Of a DNA stretch of 64,000 nucleotides, positions 63,431 through 64,000 are shown piece by piece. Position numbers and translations under genes: made by a program. The stretch lies in contig CM059432.1 in NCBI GenBank assembly GCA_030390025.1, positions 43,402,001 through 43,466,000 of the forward strand. Reading direction: 5' to 3'. The notes under the pieces were generated by a model. The model searched no databases and had not been told where the DNA came from. It was given only the letters and a program-made list of their open reading frames with translations. The DNA comes from Squalus acanthias. Its lineage: Eukaryota. Each line of letters starts with the position of its first letter. The stretch's first letter is position 1.

Positions 63431-63680
63431 ATAATGGCACGCGATTATAGATACTGCGCATGCCTCACTGCTTATAGAGCAGCGTGTTTAGTCTGCCACC
63501 AGTTTTGTGGTCAATATTGTTTCTGTCATAATGGAGGGCTCTTCATTTCAACCTTGCTGTTGCAGGGGAACCATGATGTGGGCTTATTTCTGCTCACTGG
63601 GTCAGTGTTTATGCTAATTGGAACTTCTGTTGCGTCTGGACTGTGCTGAGGCTGATAAAGGGTTTTGCACACTGTATCAC

Positions 63681-64000
63681 TTAGAATCATAGAATGGTTA
63701 CAGCACAGAAGAAGGCCATTCGGCCCTTCGAGCCCGTGCCAACTCTATGCAAGAGCACTTCAGCTAGTCCCACTCCCCGGCCCTTTCCCCATAGCCCTGC
63801 AATTTTTTTCCTTCAGGTACTTATCCAATTTGCTTTTGAAAGCCACGATTGAGTCTGCCTCCATCACCCTTGCATTCCAGATCCTAACACTTGCTGTGTA
63901 AAAAAGCTTTTCCTCATGTCGCCTTTGGTTCTTTTGCCAGTCACCTTAAATCTGTGTCCTCTGGTTTTCGACCCTTCCGCCAATAGGAACAGTTTCTCTC
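63681..64000 (-). mobile_element. CR1 LINE 3' end (continues beyond window)
   Basis: TAGAATCATAGAATGGTTACAGCACAGAAGAAGGCCATTCGGCCC tail; ACCTTAAATCTGTGTCCTCTGG body. Confidence 0.88.

Noticed and set aside
63431..63649. C-terminal 72 aa of ORF 63290-63649 as a functional chimeric protease
   Set aside because: No TPP2 or other recognisable similarity after the exon boundary; the catalytic His and Ser regions are absent.
63661..63674. GGTTTTGCACACTG as the right hAT TIR
   Set aside because: Needs gaps to match CAGTGGTGGGCAAAA and is not followed by the expected 8-bp TSD.

Overview
Eukaryotic vertebrate genomic DNA, most likely a cartilaginous fish (shark). This is inferred from the repeat content: L2 and CR1 LINEs, tRNA/Deu-domain SINEs and PIF/Harbinger-like MITEs. 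The window holds about 19 kb of TE-dense upstream sequence followed by the 5' part of RUNX1T1 (ETO/MTG8/CBFA2T1) on the + strand. That part comprises a GC-rich promoter (~18.5-20 kb), two alternative first coding mini-exons (MVGISGSYQ.. at 19942; MP.. at 37129), a possible third 5' exon at ~23.4 kb, and three internal coding exons (45074-45211, 46002-46243, 54796-54885) that reach into the TAFH/NHR1 domain. The gene continues past the window end. Most long ORFs in the ORF track are decayed LINE fragments or noise. The most unusual observations are: (1) a lone tripeptidyl-peptidase II (TPP2) first-exon fragment ~320 bp inside a hAT-like terminus in a RUNX1T1 intron, a candidate gene-capturing 'Pack-hAT'; (2) an RTE LINE insertion with a twin-priming-type inversion and an 11-bp TSD; (3) a Penelope-like end folded into a perfect ~51-bp hairpin with a 15-bp TSD; (4) a ~190-bp local templated insertion inside an L2; (5) a probable decayed autonomous Harbinger plus a set of GGGGTAGAAATT-TIR MITEs. 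Comparisons to human proteins and repeat consensuses are from memory, not from searches.
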